From a virus (lineage: Duplodnaviria; Heunggongvirae; Uroviricota; Caudoviricetes): a stretch of 64,000 bases of DNA. The stretch spans positions 252,177 to 316,176 of the IMG/VR virus record IMGVR_UViG_3300037067_008064; one strand, 5' to 3'. The translations under genes were made by a program, and so were the position numbers. Positions 1 to 9,995 of the stretch are shown in pieces (the stretch's first letter is position 1; each line of letters begins with the position of its first letter). Below the pieces are notes generated by a model that saw only the letters and a list, made by a program, of their open reading frames with translations, did no database searches and was not told where the DNA came from.

Positions 1-34
1 ATGAATTTTGCAATGCTGAATTAGATATAATAGA

Positions 35-919
35 ATGAGAATTTATAGAGATAAATACATAGCACATGCATTTAATAAAGTATTATTTGATTTATATTAT
101 AAACCAGATTATACAGTTGAACCAAGAGGAATGAAGGTAAAAGAAATACTTAATTGTTCTTTGGTTGTTGAAGACCCTATGGTTAATATGTATACAAATA
201 CTTATAGATCAGCACCTTTAAAATATATTGCTGCCGAAATTTTATGGTATTTAAGTGGTTCAAATTACCCGGATTTTATAGAAAAATACGCATCAATGTG
301 GTCATCATTAACTAATTTAGACGGTACAGTTAATTCAGCTTATGGAAATTTAATATTTTACAATAAAAATATACACGGTGTCTCTCAATATCAATGGGTT
401 ATTGAATCTTTAAAAAGAGATAAAGATTCAAGACAAGCGTTTATGCATTTTAATCTTCCTTCACATCAATATTTTGATAATAAAGATCAAGTATGCACAT
501 TACAAGCAGTGTTTCATATAAGAAATAATAAATTAAATATGACACTCACCATGAGGTCAAATGATGTAATTCGTGGATTTCACACAGATTTTGTTTTTTT
601 TAGCATATTACAATATCATGTTTATCTTCATATGAAACAATATTATCCAGAATTAGAAATGGGCTCTTATACTCATATATCTCATTCAATGCATTTATAT
701 GAAAAACATTTTGATTTAGTAAAAAATATGCTAAATGCAGATTTTGACCCAGATAAATTACCATTAATAGATCAATTCTTAATACAAGAAAATGGTAATT
801 ATTTAGAAAAATATAATAATGTATTTGCTCCTATAGCCGGTCAAGGTGAATGCATTTATCCTAATACGGATAGTACTTTTTTAAACTATCTTATAGAACA
901 TATAAAACCAAAAGAATAA
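35..919 (+). CDS. Thymidylate synthase-fold enzyme, probably dCMP hydroxymethylase (T4 gp42-like)
   Basis: Motifs DSRQA, catalytic Cys in DQVCT, MRSNDVIRGFHTD and SMHLY. Asp sits at the position of E. coli ThyA Asn177, as in T4 gp42 (MRSNDVVFGFRND). Confidence 0.85.
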   Translation: MRIYRDKYIAHAFNKVLFDLYYKPDYTVEPRGMKVKEILNCSLVVEDPMVNMYTNTYRSAPLKYIAAEILWYLSGSNYPDFIEKYASMWSSLTNLDGTVNSAYGNLIFYNKNIHGVSQYQWVIESLKRDKDSRQAFMHFNLPSHQYFDNKDQVCTLQAVFHIRNNKLNMTLTMRSNDVIRGFHTDFVFFSILQYHVYLHMKQYYPELEMGSYTHISHSMHLYEKHFDLVKNMLNADFDPDKLPLIDQFLIQENGNYLEKYNNVFAPIAGQGECIYPNTDSTFLNYLIEHIKPKE

Positions 920-950
920 ATTAACATATAATTAAAAAAAATAAAATATC

Positions 951-1625
951 ATGAAAGAAAATTTAACAGAAATAATTATTGATTTAGATCGTAGTGGTTC
1001 TATGGAAGAAGTTAAAAGTGATACAATTGGTTCTTATAATCAATTTGTTGATACTCAAAAGCAATTACCGGGAGAAGCAAAATTATCTTTAGTACAATTT
1101 GATGATCAATATGAAATTGTATATGAAGGTTTAAATATTCAAGATGTTCCTAAGTTAACAGAAAAAACTTTTATTCCAAGAGGTATGACTGCATTAACAG
1201 ATTCTATTGGTAAAACTATTAAAACTGTGGGTGAAAGATTAGCTAATACACCAGAAGAAGAAAGACCGGAAAAAGTTATATTTGTTGTGTTAACGGATGG
1301 GCATGAAAATAATTCAAAAGAATATACAACTCAACAAGTTGCTGAATTGATTAAACATCAGCAAGAAAAATATTCTTGGGAATTTGTATTCTTAGGGGCA
1401 GATCAAAATGCTTGGGATGCTGCACACGCATATAGTATTAATACAGCATATTCCTTTGGTAAAGCTCAAATGGGAAACACCATTAGTAAAATGAACTTAT
1501 ATACTGCAAATTATCGTTCAAAAGGTTCAGTTAATATGGATGAATCTTTTAATAAAAGTGATGAAGAAGTTGCAGAAGATTTAAAAAATATAACAAACGA
1601 CCCTAATAACACTAATCAATCTTAA
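951..1625 (+). CDS. von Willebrand factor A domain protein
   Basis: MIDAS motif DRSGSM, plus GMTALTD and VVLTDGHEN. Confidence 0.9.
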   Translation: MKENLTEIIIDLDRSGSMEEVKSDTIGSYNQFVDTQKQLPGEAKLSLVQFDDQYEIVYEGLNIQDVPKLTEKTFIPRGMTALTDSIGKTIKTVGERLANTPEEERPEKVIFVVLTDGHENNSKEYTTQQVAELIKHQQEKYSWEFVFLGADQNAWDAAHAYSINTAYSFGKAQMGNTISKMNLYTANYRSKGSVNMDESFNKSDEEVAEDLKNITNDPNNTNQS

Positions 1626-1629
1626 ACAT

Positions 1630-2013
1630 ATGGGAATTAATTTATTAGATTGGACACATAAGAATGTTCAAATATTAGATATAAGAAAAATAAATAAGTT
1701 ATATGTATTAAAAATTAAAGATGTTGATGAATCTTTATTTGTACATGATGAAATATTTGAACAAAGAATTAAATCTTTTTTTCTTAAAGATACAATGTCT
1801 CAAATACCAAGAGAAGATATATTAAAACAAAATTGGAATTTTTATATCACAAAAGGATATTATATAAAGGTTGATCAGTATGGGCATCCTACTAAGTATG
1901 ACCAAGATTATAATAAATCTTATATATCTTACTTAGATATTGCGGGGCCTTTAAGTACATTTTCATCTGTTTATCAAAAAGAAAAACCAATATCAACACA
2001 ATTAAATAGTTAA
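1630..2013 (+). CDS. Hypothetical protein
   Basis: Tightly packed ORF in operon. Confidence 0.7.
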   Translation: MGINLLDWTHKNVQILDIRKINKLYVLKIKDVDESLFVHDEIFEQRIKSFFLKDTMSQIPREDILKQNWNFYITKGYYIKVDQYGHPTKYDQDYNKSYISYLDIAGPLSTFSSVYQKEKPISTQLNS

Positions 2014-2015
2014 AC

Positions 2016-2294
2016 ATGGAACAAAATTTAAACACTTTAATGAGTAACCAAATGAGAGTTACTAAAAAAATGATATTAGATTCACCAACATTTAAATGCG
2101 AATGTGGTGGAATGATATTTCAAGAAGGAATATTTTTTAAAAAAATATCTCCATTAATTTCACCAACAGCTAAAGAAGAAATAGTTCCCATCAATTTAGT
2201 ATTTTGTACTAAATGTGGTTTGGTACCAAGGGAATTAGATAAAGAAAATGAATTACCAGAAGAATTAAAAACAAAAAAACCAATAATACAATAA
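2016..2294 (+). CDS. Zinc-ribbon protein
   Basis: CECG ... CTKCG. Confidence 0.7.
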   Translation: MEQNLNTLMSNQMRVTKKMILDSPTFKCECGGMIFQEGIFFKKISPLISPTAKEEIVPINLVFCTKCGLVPRELDKENELPEELKTKKPIIQ

Positions 2295-2299
2295 ATAAA

Positions 2300-2512
2300 A
2301 TGATTGAAAAACAGTATTACACCGTAACAATGAAGTTCCCTTTTGAAGTTGAAGATAAAAAAGGAAACAGTAAAACTAAATACAGAAAAGAAAAATATTT
2401 AGTTGAAGCAGTTAATCCAACAGACGTTGATGCAAAAATTGCAAAATATGTTGGAGCAGAGGATTATGAAATTGTAACAATAACTCAAGCCAACATTATT
2501 GATATAATTTAA
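2300..2512 (+). CDS. DUF4494-like small protein (Bacteroidota/phage type)
   Basis: KEKYLVEAVNPTDVDAK resembles the E.YLV.A.s.TeAEa motif. Confidence 0.6.
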   Translation: MIEKQYYTVTMKFPFEVEDKKGNSKTKYRKEKYLVEAVNPTDVDAKIAKYVGAEDYEIVTITQANIIDII

Positions 2513-2585
2513 TAAGTAAATAAAACATCCATATTTTTTTATTGATAAATATAATATAGAATATATTTAAAATAAGAAAATATGG

Positions 2586-3110
2586 ATGAAAAATTTACAT
2601 AAATATGATATTAAAAAATTTAACTTTGTTGAAATTTTTAATAATGCAAATGGAAAAAGCAGTGGTTCTGGATTTATTGGAGTAATTGGTTCTTTATTTT
2701 GTATGTTAGTTATTATAACATTATTAGTTATAATTATAATAACACTTTATAGTAATTCTCCACATGTACCAATAGTTATTCAAATTCTGCAATCAATCTT
2801 ATTATATACATTTGCTTTAGCAGGTTTATATGCAGGTTTATTAGGATTAAGAAAATGGAGAAGTACTGTAACAAAAGATAAAGCTACAATAGGAGACGAT
2901 GATAATGACTACGATGATAGATACGGTGGAGGCTATGGAGGCTATGGAGGATACGGTGGAGGCTATGGAGGCTATGGAGGATACGGTGGAGGCTATGGAG
3001 GATACGATGGTGGATATGGTAATTACGGAGGCGGGCAAGGTAGACCTTATAATGAACAACAAGGACATAATGAACATGGAAGAGAGTCTTCTGATAATTT
3101 AGAAATATAA
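2586..3110 (+). CDS. Two-TM membrane protein (holin-like) with Gly/Tyr-rich tail
   Basis: Two hydrophobic helices followed by (GGY)n repeats. Confidence 0.6.
   Translation: MKNLHKYDIKKFNFVEIFNNANGKSSGSGFIGVIGSLFCMLVIITLLVIIIITLYSNSPHVPIVIQILQSILLYTFALAGLYAGLLGLRKWRSTVTKDKATIGDDDNDYDDRYGGGYGGYGGYGGGYGGYGGYGGGYGGYDGGYGNYGGGQGRPYNEQQGHNEHGRESSDNLEI
2920..3000 (+). repeat. Perfect 30-bp tandem repeat (~2.7 copies) encoding YGGGYGGYGG
   Basis: gatacggtggaggctatggaggctatggag repeated with period 30. Confidence 0.95.
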
Positions 3111-3115
3111 ATAGT

Positions 3116-3445
3116 ATGCCTTTTAATTATGATTTTTCAAAACTTGAAAGTATTAAAGAAATTAAAGTATCGCCAAGTGGTTGGGTTAATCCTATTATTA
3201 TAGAATATGGAATTGGTATTTGGTCTGATTTACAGTCTTTTTATTGGAGGGTAAAAGGAACAACCCATACGTTTACAATACCCGTGGTAAGAATGAATTA
3301 TATAAGTAAGGGAAATTATGAATTACATTTTCAAGAAGTTTTGGAAGCATTCAGAGAAGATTACATTGGATGGTCTGAAGAAAACTTCTACTGTGAATGG
3401 ATGCAACAATATAGAGATAATTACTCCAAATATATCATCCAATAA
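3116..3445 (+). CDS. Hypothetical protein
   Basis: ORF with typical composition. Confidence 0.7.
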   Translation: MPFNYDFSKLESIKEIKVSPSGWVNPIIIEYGIGIWSDLQSFYWRVKGTTHTFTIPVVRMNYISKGNYELHFQEVLEAFREDYIGWSEENFYCEWMQQYRDNYSKYIIQ

Positions 3446-3494
3446 AATTCCTTTAATCAAAAAAGAAATTGAAACAATAAATATTAAAACAAAT

Positions 3495-4154
3495 ATGAAT
3501 AATGAAACAAAATATTTTCAATGGTTAACTGGAGACAGAAAAGGTGATATTGTTTTCTTTGATAAAATAATTGAAGAAGATAATAATACTTATATGACAT
3601 TTAAAGATGGTTCTAGATGCAATGTTGAATTTATTGTTCCTTTAAATGAAAAGGAAGTTACAGGAAAAGCAATGGCGGAAATTGAACACCCAACAAATTG
3701 TTGGACTTTTGAAGAAAAAGAAGTGGGTGGCCAAGAAGAAAAATGGGCTGAAAATCAAATGGGAGAAACCGTATGTGTTCAACCTTATCGTCCAGGGAAA
3801 AAAACAATGGTTCCAATTCCGCCAAGACCAACAATGAAAAGTTTTAAAACAATTAATGTCCAACCAGTTCAAATACAACAAAGTCAACCAATAGAACAAA
3901 TACAACCAAGTCAACCTAAAGATGAGGTTTGGACTCTACTTGATAAAGCTAAAAAAACAGATACTGAAGTTAAATTTATTATTTCTTTACCATTACCAAG
4001 TAAAGCTTTTTATAATGTTATAGAAGAATCTTTTGAAAATGGTGGTAAAAAACTAGCAGAATATATAATAGAAAATATGGATATTAAAATTTTAAAAACA
4101 TTTATAAAAAGTGAAATTTTAAATATGTATAGTAATAAGGAATCAGCCAATTAA
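3495..4154 (+). CDS. Hypothetical protein (start revised to MNNETKYFQW)
   Basis: The longer ORF overlaps the previous gene; ATG 3495 has an A-rich leader. Confidence 0.7.
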   Translation: MNNETKYFQWLTGDRKGDIVFFDKIIEEDNNTYMTFKDGSRCNVEFIVPLNEKEVTGKAMAEIEHPTNCWTFEEKEVGGQEEKWAENQMGETVCVQPYRPGKKTMVPIPPRPTMKSFKTINVQPVQIQQSQPIEQIQPSQPKDEVWTLLDKAKKTDTEVKFIISLPLPSKAFYNVIEESFENGGKKLAEYIIENMDIKILKTFIKSEILNMYSNKESAN

Positions 4155-4157
4155 AAA

Positions 4158-4469
4158 ATGAAAATAGATTTTTATACTGGTAAAGCGTGGAAACATCATA
4201 TAGCATCTGATTTTCAAAATGGCATGCCTACTTCAGGTGGCGCTGGTAAAGGTGGTACTATTTTTTTAGATTATTACAAAATGCTAGATTATCTTAAAAA
4301 AGATGGTAGAGATTGGTATATTGCTGAATTAGATTTAAAAGATAATCTAGTAAAATACGAATATGGAAATGATTATATGGTAACTACTTTAGTAAATATA
4401 ATTTCTAAAAAAGGATTTAAACCAATTAATTTAAATAAAAAAATCATAAAAGAAAATTTAAATGGATAA
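4158..4469 (+). CDS. Hypothetical protein, possible ART-like fold
   Basis: FYTGK ... GGTIFL ... YIAEL ... DYMV pattern, weak. Confidence 0.45.
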   Translation: MKIDFYTGKAWKHHIASDFQNGMPTSGGAGKGGTIFLDYYKMLDYLKKDGRDWYIAELDLKDNLVKYEYGNDYMVTTLVNIISKKGFKPINLNKKIIKENLNG

Positions 4470-4986
4470 CAAAAAAATAGTATTTGATGGAGAATTTGAA
4501 AGTGTAATTGAAATAGATAATCACTTTTATATCTTGAATAAAAAAGATATGATATGTGTATTACCATATTCTGTAGACAGTCGTGGACTCTTAGATAAAA
4601 TTGGTGTTGTAAAAAATTATGATGAAATAGAAGAAAAAAATGTTCTTTCATTAATTAATAATTATCTTAGAGATGATGATGCTACTAATTTAGTTGCAGC
4701 AAATAGAATGTTTTTTGAAATAACAAAAACAAATATACCTGATGGAAACAAATGGATGTATCTTGGTAATTTAAATAATCAAATGACTTATGATTCACCA
4801 ATGAAATTATATGCTGTTGATATTACTAATCTTCAAATACAAACTGATGAAGAGGTAGAACAAAAAGAAACTATTAAAAAATTCGTAATGATGGATTCGT
4901 CAAAGGTATTGCAAACAGATGATATTTTATTCCTCGCGGGGTATTTACGCTTATTCCAGTTTTTTTATGTAAGTTCAATACAATAA
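4462..4986 (+). CDS. NUDIX-like hydrolase (degenerate)
   Basis: ICVLPY ... AANRMFFEIT resembles the Nudix box AAxRELxEET; WMYLG ... LYAVDIT. Confidence 0.55.
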   Translation: MDNKKIVFDGEFESVIEIDNHFYILNKKDMICVLPYSVDSRGLLDKIGVVKNYDEIEEKNVLSLINNYLRDDDATNLVAANRMFFEITKTNIPDGNKWMYLGNLNNQMTYDSPMKLYAVDITNLQIQTDEEVEQKETIKKFVMMDSSKVLQTDDILFLAGYLRLFQFFYVSSIQ

Positions 4987-4990
4987 AATT

Positions 4991-5257
4991 ATGGCAGTTT
5001 ATAGAACACCACCAACCTGTCCTTTTTGTGGAGAAATTATCGCAACTGCTCAATATAAAGACCAATCAAAAACTCCTCTCATGTTACGAACTATTGGAGA
5101 TACTTTTATAGGATGGAAATATAAAGAACATAGTTGTGATGCTATGAAAACATTTCAAAAGAAAATAAGTGAAGATGTTAAAAATAATCCAAAATTACAA
5201 GAAACACTAGATAAAATTAATAAAACTAATAAATCATTTCTTAATAGAAAGAAATAA
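4991..5257 (+). CDS. Small zinc-finger protein
   Basis: CPFCG ... HSC. Confidence 0.65.
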   Translation: MAVYRTPPTCPFCGEIIATAQYKDQSKTPLMLRTIGDTFIGWKYKEHSCDAMKTFQKKISEDVKNNPKLQETLDKINKTNKSFLNRKK

Positions 5258-5263
5258 AAAACT

Positions 5264-6091
5264 ATGAAAAGAAAATTAGAAGCTGTTATAGTTTGTATTA
5301 ATTATAGTGACTTTTTAAGTCATACACTTCCAACTAATAAATCTTTATTTGATAAAACTGTTATTGTAACAGATACGCAAGATAAAGAAACCAAAAAGGT
5401 TTGTGAGAAGTGGGGTGTAATGTGTATACAAACAGATGCATTCTATGAAAATGATTTACATATTCCAAATAAATCTAAAGGAATTAATGAAGGTTTAAAA
5501 TATTTAGATAAAGATGGTTGGGTTGTGCAACTTGATGCTGATATTTGGTTACCACCATTTTTTAGAAGATTTATTGAGAATATGGAATTAGATGAAACAT
5601 GTATCTATGGAATGGATAGGATGATGATTAATTCTTATAAAAAATGGTATAAGTTTCAACATGTTGATAAAAAAATAATACATGAAGGCTGGACTTTTTT
5701 AAGAACAGATAATCTACCAGTTGGAGTTAGAGTTGTTCATCATAAAGATGGGTGGATTCCTATTGGTTTTTTTCAAATGTGGAACCCAAAAGGAAGTGGA
5801 ATAAATGATTATGCTTCTGAAAATAAAAAAGGATATGATAGAACGGATGTTTTACAAGCTAAAAGATGGTCAAAAATAAAGAGAAGATTTATTCCTGATA
5901 TTATTTGCGTACATTTAGCAAGCGAAAAACAAATTCAAGGAAGAAATTGGTCTGGAAGAAAGAGTATAATATTTGGTCAAATGAATCCAATTCATAAATT
6001 CTTTATGATTATTTGGTATTACATATTAAAAATATTTTATATTATTTACAGATTTTTTGAAAAACAAATTAAATACTTTATAGATGAATGA
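5264..6091 (+). CDS. GT-A fold (GT2-like) glycosyltransferase
   Basis: VIVCINYSDFL, NKSKGINEG, DxD motif in QLDADIW, GFFQMW, C-terminal TM. Confidence 0.8.
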   Translation: MKRKLEAVIVCINYSDFLSHTLPTNKSLFDKTVIVTDTQDKETKKVCEKWGVMCIQTDAFYENDLHIPNKSKGINEGLKYLDKDGWVVQLDADIWLPPFFRRFIENMELDETCIYGMDRMMINSYKKWYKFQHVDKKIIHEGWTFLRTDNLPVGVRVVHHKDGWIPIGFFQMWNPKGSGINDYASENKKGYDRTDVLQAKRWSKIKRRFIPDIICVHLASEKQIQGRNWSGRKSIIFGQMNPIHKFFMIIWYYILKIFYIIYRFFEKQIKYFIDE

Positions 6092-6434
6092 ACAAACAAA
6101 TTTAGATAACATAATTCAGAAAACTCCAATAGAAAACAAAGGCGGACCTATATATCCTGAAAATAATTTTACACAACTTCCAACTCAATCTTCACAAGAA
6201 CATTGGAAGAAAGTACAAGAATTTATGGAAAGAGAAAATAAGAAACTTTTAACTAAAGATTCTTCTACAACATTTGATAACGCTGGTTCTAATCCAGTCT
6301 CTGGTGCATCAGGTGCGTCTCCGTCAAAGGGTTCACCGGCCTTTAATAAATCCTTTACTTTAAATCAAATTAAAGCTAAACGCAAGAAACGCCGTACATC
6401 TAGTAAATCAAGAAAAATTAATAGAAAACATTAA
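6084..6434 (+). CDS. Hypothetical protein with basic C-terminus
   Basis: Operon-coupled ORF. Confidence 0.6.
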   Translation: MNEQTNLDNIIQKTPIENKGGPIYPENNFTQLPTQSSQEHWKKVQEFMERENKKLLTKDSSTTFDNAGSNPVSGASGASPSKGSPAFNKSFTLNQIKAKRKKRRTSSKSRKINRKH

Positions 6435-6451
6435 AAATTAAAATTTAAAAA

Positions 6452-6733
6452 ATGCAAAGATGTGAACGCAGAAAAATGGAGCAAAAAATGGGTTTATCTA
6501 AATTTAAGAAATCATTATCTTTAAATAAACAAATGGAAATTACACGCCAAAATATTATAGCAGGTAGAAAAGAACACGAAGAATTTATAAAGTCACAAAC
6601 AGAAACTGCTGCTAATTTAACCGCTGAAAAACAACAACAAAAAGTATATGACCTTGCTTTAAGAATATCTTCTGAAACAAACATGCCTTTTATAGATGCA
6701 ATTGAAGAAGCAAAAAAACAATTAAAAAAATAA
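6452..6733 (+). CDS. Hypothetical helical protein
   Basis: ORF. Confidence 0.65.
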   Translation: MQRCERRKMEQKMGLSKFKKSLSLNKQMEITRQNIIAGRKEHEEFIKSQTETAANLTAEKQQQKVYDLALRISSETNMPFIDAIEEAKKQLKK

Positions 6734-6738
6734 ACACA

Positions 6739-7032
6739 ATGAAAACAGAAAATTTAGAAAATGATCTCAAATGGTTTGAAGATAAAAGAAATCTTCAATT
6801 AGAAAAGTTTAATGAATTAATTTTAACCGATGCAACCACTGAACGAATACAACGCTGCTATGAACTCTTAATTAAATTACAAAATCTATATAAAACAATG
6901 GAAGATGCAATAATTATTCATAGAATTTTTGAAGCTCAACAAGAAAATGAAATAGAAGATGATGAAGAAGATATAAATGAATATCCAGATTTAATATCAT
7001 TTATCATAAAATATAAAATCCCACTTCAATAA
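6739..7032 (+). CDS. Hypothetical protein
   Basis: ORF. Confidence 0.65.
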   Translation: MKTENLENDLKWFEDKRNLQLEKFNELILTDATTERIQRCYELLIKLQNLYKTMEDAIIIHRIFEAQQENEIEDDEEDINEYPDLISFIIKYKIPLQ

Positions 7033-7041
7033 ATTATAAAC

Positions 7042-7260
7042 ATGGTAAACTTTAAATTATCTAAACCTAATTTTGTAAAGTGGTTTATAATAATTCCGAT
7101 ATTTTTATTGGGATTTCATTTTGGAATTGTATTAATAAATATAATTTTAAATTTTGCATTTACTATACCTTTCTTTATTAGATTTACTGGAATTATTACA
7201 GGGCTTTGGATATGGATAAGCATTTACTTATATGTAAAATATTTTAATAATAAATTATGA
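7042..7260 (+). CDS. Small two-TM membrane protein
   Basis: Two hydrophobic segments. Confidence 0.65.
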   Translation: MVNFKLSKPNFVKWFIIIPIFLLGFHFGIVLINIILNFAFTIPFFIRFTGIITGLWIWISIYLYVKYFNNKL

Positions 7261-7665
7261 AAAAAGATAAACTTAAAAGAGAATTATCAGATTTTGCTGA
7301 TTATTGTAATACAAATGGTGGAAGCACTTGGTGTTCAATACCGAAATTTGCAATTGATAATTATTTAAATCAGGTTGATTTTAAACCTGATGAAGCAGAT
7401 GAAATGTTGTTTAAACCTCTGTTTTGGAATAAAGAAAGAACTCAATGGACCCAACCACCTGTAAAAATAAAACATGGGGATCTTGTAGAAATAGAATATC
7501 CAACCGGAATTACAGTACTTGGAAGATATATAGGAAAAGGAATGGGGGGCAGCTAAATTCCCAGGACATGATACACCTTATATTAATTATGTAGTTGGTA
7601 GAGGATTAGATAGAAATCCTGAGTTATTATCAGATGAAGAATTATTTGAATTAATAGAAGATTAA
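7257..7665 (+). pseudogene. Hypothetical gene with apparent 1-nt frameshift near the G6 run at 7544-7549
   Basis: The ORF stops at 7556, but the shifted frame continues AAKFPGHDTPYINY...IED to TAA 7665, abutting the next ATG at 7667. Confidence 0.55.
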
Positions 7666-7666
7666 C

Positions 7667-7906
7667 ATGAAACAAGTAGTTTTAGTTGTAACCATAAATG
7701 ATACCGATAAAATCAGTAATGTTATGGTAAAAGATAAATATGATAATTATTTAAATTGTTATAGCTTTAAAGAAGTTACATTACCATTAGAAGATGAAAT
7801 TATAGCAACTGCTCAATATGCAGTTACAGTTATGCATGAAACAAATCCAGCTTATGTTTCATATTATATTGCTGGAGAAAAACACATTATAGATAAATTA
7901 AATTAA
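7667..7906 (+). CDS. Hypothetical protein
   Basis: ORF. Confidence 0.65.
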   Translation: MKQVVLVVTINDTDKISNVMVKDKYDNYLNCYSFKEVTLPLEDEIIATAQYAVTVMHETNPAYVSYYIAGEKHIIDKLN

Positions 7907-7952
7907 AACAAAATGGACAGAGAAGAACTAAATTTAATGAAATAAGAAAATT

Positions 7953-8174
7953 ATGGAACAGTTAATAGAAAGAGAACCAGGTAGGTTACTTAAGATAACC
8001 TTTGAATATGAAAATGAAACACGTACATTATCAGGTAGACAAGCAGAATATTGGCTTCGTGATGTAGATGGAATGTGCTCATTCATGGCAAACCATAATG
8101 CAAATCCATTTGATGTACACACATATGAATGGGATGCAGTTTCTGTAATTCAACTCGGTGAAAAAGGAAATTAA
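7953..8174 (+). CDS. Hypothetical protein
   Basis: ORF. Confidence 0.65.
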   Translation: MEQLIEREPGRLLKITFEYENETRTLSGRQAEYWLRDVDGMCSFMANHNANPFDVHTYEWDAVSVIQLGEKGN

Positions 8175-8203
8175 ATTAGGACACATTGGAATGGAATAAA
8201 ACT

Positions 8204-8569
8204 ATGAGCTACATCGTAAAAGAAATAAAAACTGCGAAACCCAAAGTTTCGCCCACCCCTCAATCTCACTTAAAAGTGTTTACACCAGACTTACCTTCAG
8301 GATTTAAGATTGACTTTGTGCCTACACCTCTTCAGAAAAAAGGATATGCAGTTTTGCTCATACATCCTGATGATTTAGAACATATAAAGAAATTAAAATT
8401 TAGTATACCTGAAGAATCTTCAATAGATGGAACATCAGGAACTTCTGGAACTAGTGGAACCAATGGAACATCAGGAATAAATAGATTAACTAATGGATAT
8501 TCACATGAATTTCTTGCAGATGTTATTAATTTATATCAAAAACTAAATGCAGAATCTAAATACAAATAA
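8204..8569 (+). CDS. Hypothetical protein with GTS triplet repeat
   Basis: GTSGTSGTSGTNGTSG; ATG 8204 preferred to TTG 8186. Confidence 0.6.
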   Translation: MSYIVKEIKTAKPKVSPTPQSHLKVFTPDLPSGFKIDFVPTPLQKKGYAVLLIHPDDLEHIKKLKFSIPEESSIDGTSGTSGTSGTNGTSGINRLTNGYSHEFLADVINLYQKLNAESKYK

Positions 8570-8959
8570 ATGATTACGAAGAAAATATATGTTGGAATTT
8601 ATGATTGGACAATCTATTATACAGAAATTGAAAAAGGAGATAAAAGTAAATTAACAATTAAACGTTTACAAAAAATATATCCTAAAGAAATTAAAAAGAA
8701 AGATAAAGAATTATTTTATGAAATAAAATCCAATATTAAACATGAAAGAAAAGATGGAGGTTTATGTTCATGTTTTGAATATTCTAGAAAAACAAGTGTA
8801 TTAATTTACAGAACAACAAAAAAGAAAGAAAGACTTAGAGTTATTGCACATGAATTAAGACATGCAACAGATCAAATACTTGATGTAAAAAACATTTGTG
8901 ATATAGAAGCAAGTGCTTATCTTCAAGGATATATATTTATGAAATTATTTAATATTTAA
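8570..8959 (+). CDS. HExxH metallopeptidase-like protein
   Basis: IAHELRH ... E motif (DIEASAY). Confidence 0.65.
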   Translation: MITKKIYVGIYDWTIYYTEIEKGDKSKLTIKRLQKIYPKEIKKKDKELFYEIKSNIKHERKDGGLCSCFEYSRKTSVLIYRTTKKKERLRVIAHELRHATDQILDVKNICDIEASAYLQGYIFMKLFNI

Positions 8960-8968
8960 AACCCATAC

Positions 8969-9409
8969 ATGAAAGTATACATAACAATTGAAGGAAACAC
9001 TCGACTTAAAAGATCTTTTTTAAATCTTAAAGTATTTTCTATTATCAATATTAACGATATACTTCATGAATCAGGTTATAACTTATATTCTAGTATAGAT
9101 GATTATGCAGCGTTTATTATTAATTCTAAGATACAATCAATGTTTAAGACGTTTGCTAAATCAAAAAGAATTCGTGGAATTATTTATACAAATCCTAATT
9201 TAACAGAAGAATCAATTCTTTCTTTATTTCAATTCTTTGATGATGTAGAAGAAATAAATGAAGTTGTTTTACTTGATGATTATAACGTTCCAAAGCTGAA
9301 ACACCTTTACCACCTATTTAACGAAATCATCTTCTTTCCTTCAATCAAGAAAATACGTCTAATCGAATGTGTAAAAATATCAGAACTTTTGAGGGAACAC
9401 GTTTCATAA
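8969..9409 (+). CDS. Hypothetical protein
   Basis: ORF. Confidence 0.7.
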   Translation: MKVYITIEGNTRLKRSFLNLKVFSIININDILHESGYNLYSSIDDYAAFIINSKIQSMFKTFAKSKRIRGIIYTNPNLTEESILSLFQFFDDVEEINEVVLLDDYNVPKLKHLYHLFNEIIFFPSIKKIRLIECVKISELLREHVS

Positions 9410-9427
9410 TTTAGAAATATATAAATT

Positions 9428-9994
9428 ATGGAAGAAAAGTTTATTTTTGTACGAGGGATAAAAAACATAATCAATCAGAGATGGTATTTGGATGTGATTG
9501 CGACTGAGGAGCTCTCTGACTTGCCTTTGCCTTACGGGAATTTCTCTTTCAATCGAGACGTTCAAAAATACGGTGATGATAACTTCGAAACTCATATACT
9601 GCAATGGTACTCATCTTCAGAAGATGCCCGAGTTGGACTGTCACATCACATCATATCCATGAATACTAAGCTGCCTAACGGATACAATGACTATGAGTAC
9701 TGGAGACCTAATGCACTTCCTGATGAAACTAAAAGAAAGATATCAGAATCAGAAAAAGGTAAAGTACTTACAGAAGATACAAAGACAAGAATATCACATA
9801 GCCTTAAAGCAGCATATGATTCTGGTAAACGTGTTAAAAAAGACTTTCATGGAGCAGGACATCCTTGTTATGGTAAACATCGTAGTGAAGAAGCTAAACA
9901 AAAAATAAGTAATGCTGAAAAAGGACGTATATTCTCTGAAGAACATAAAGCAAAATTAAGAAAACCAAAAAGAAAAAGAACCATAAAATTATAA
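9428..9994 (+). mobile_element. Degenerate GIY-YIG/NUMOD3 homing endonuclease
   Basis: KYGDDNFETHIL, NTKLPNGYN and NUMOD3 repeats (ETKRKISES, HRSEEAKQKIS). GIY/YIG motifs are eroded (FVRGIKN ... WYLD). Confidence 0.75.
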
Positions 9995-9995
9995 T

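Noticed and set aside
2920-3000. Possible CRISPR array
   Set aside because: Contiguous coding repeats without unique spacers
2847-3102. Alternative-frame ORFs (MEAMEDTVEA repeat; antisense SSIAS repeat)
   Set aside because: By-products of the 30-bp repeat inside the GGY gene
8174-8183. AATTAGGACA match to the 12-mer repeat at 16171-16221
   Set aside because: A single 10-nt match could arise by chance; there is no partner repeat
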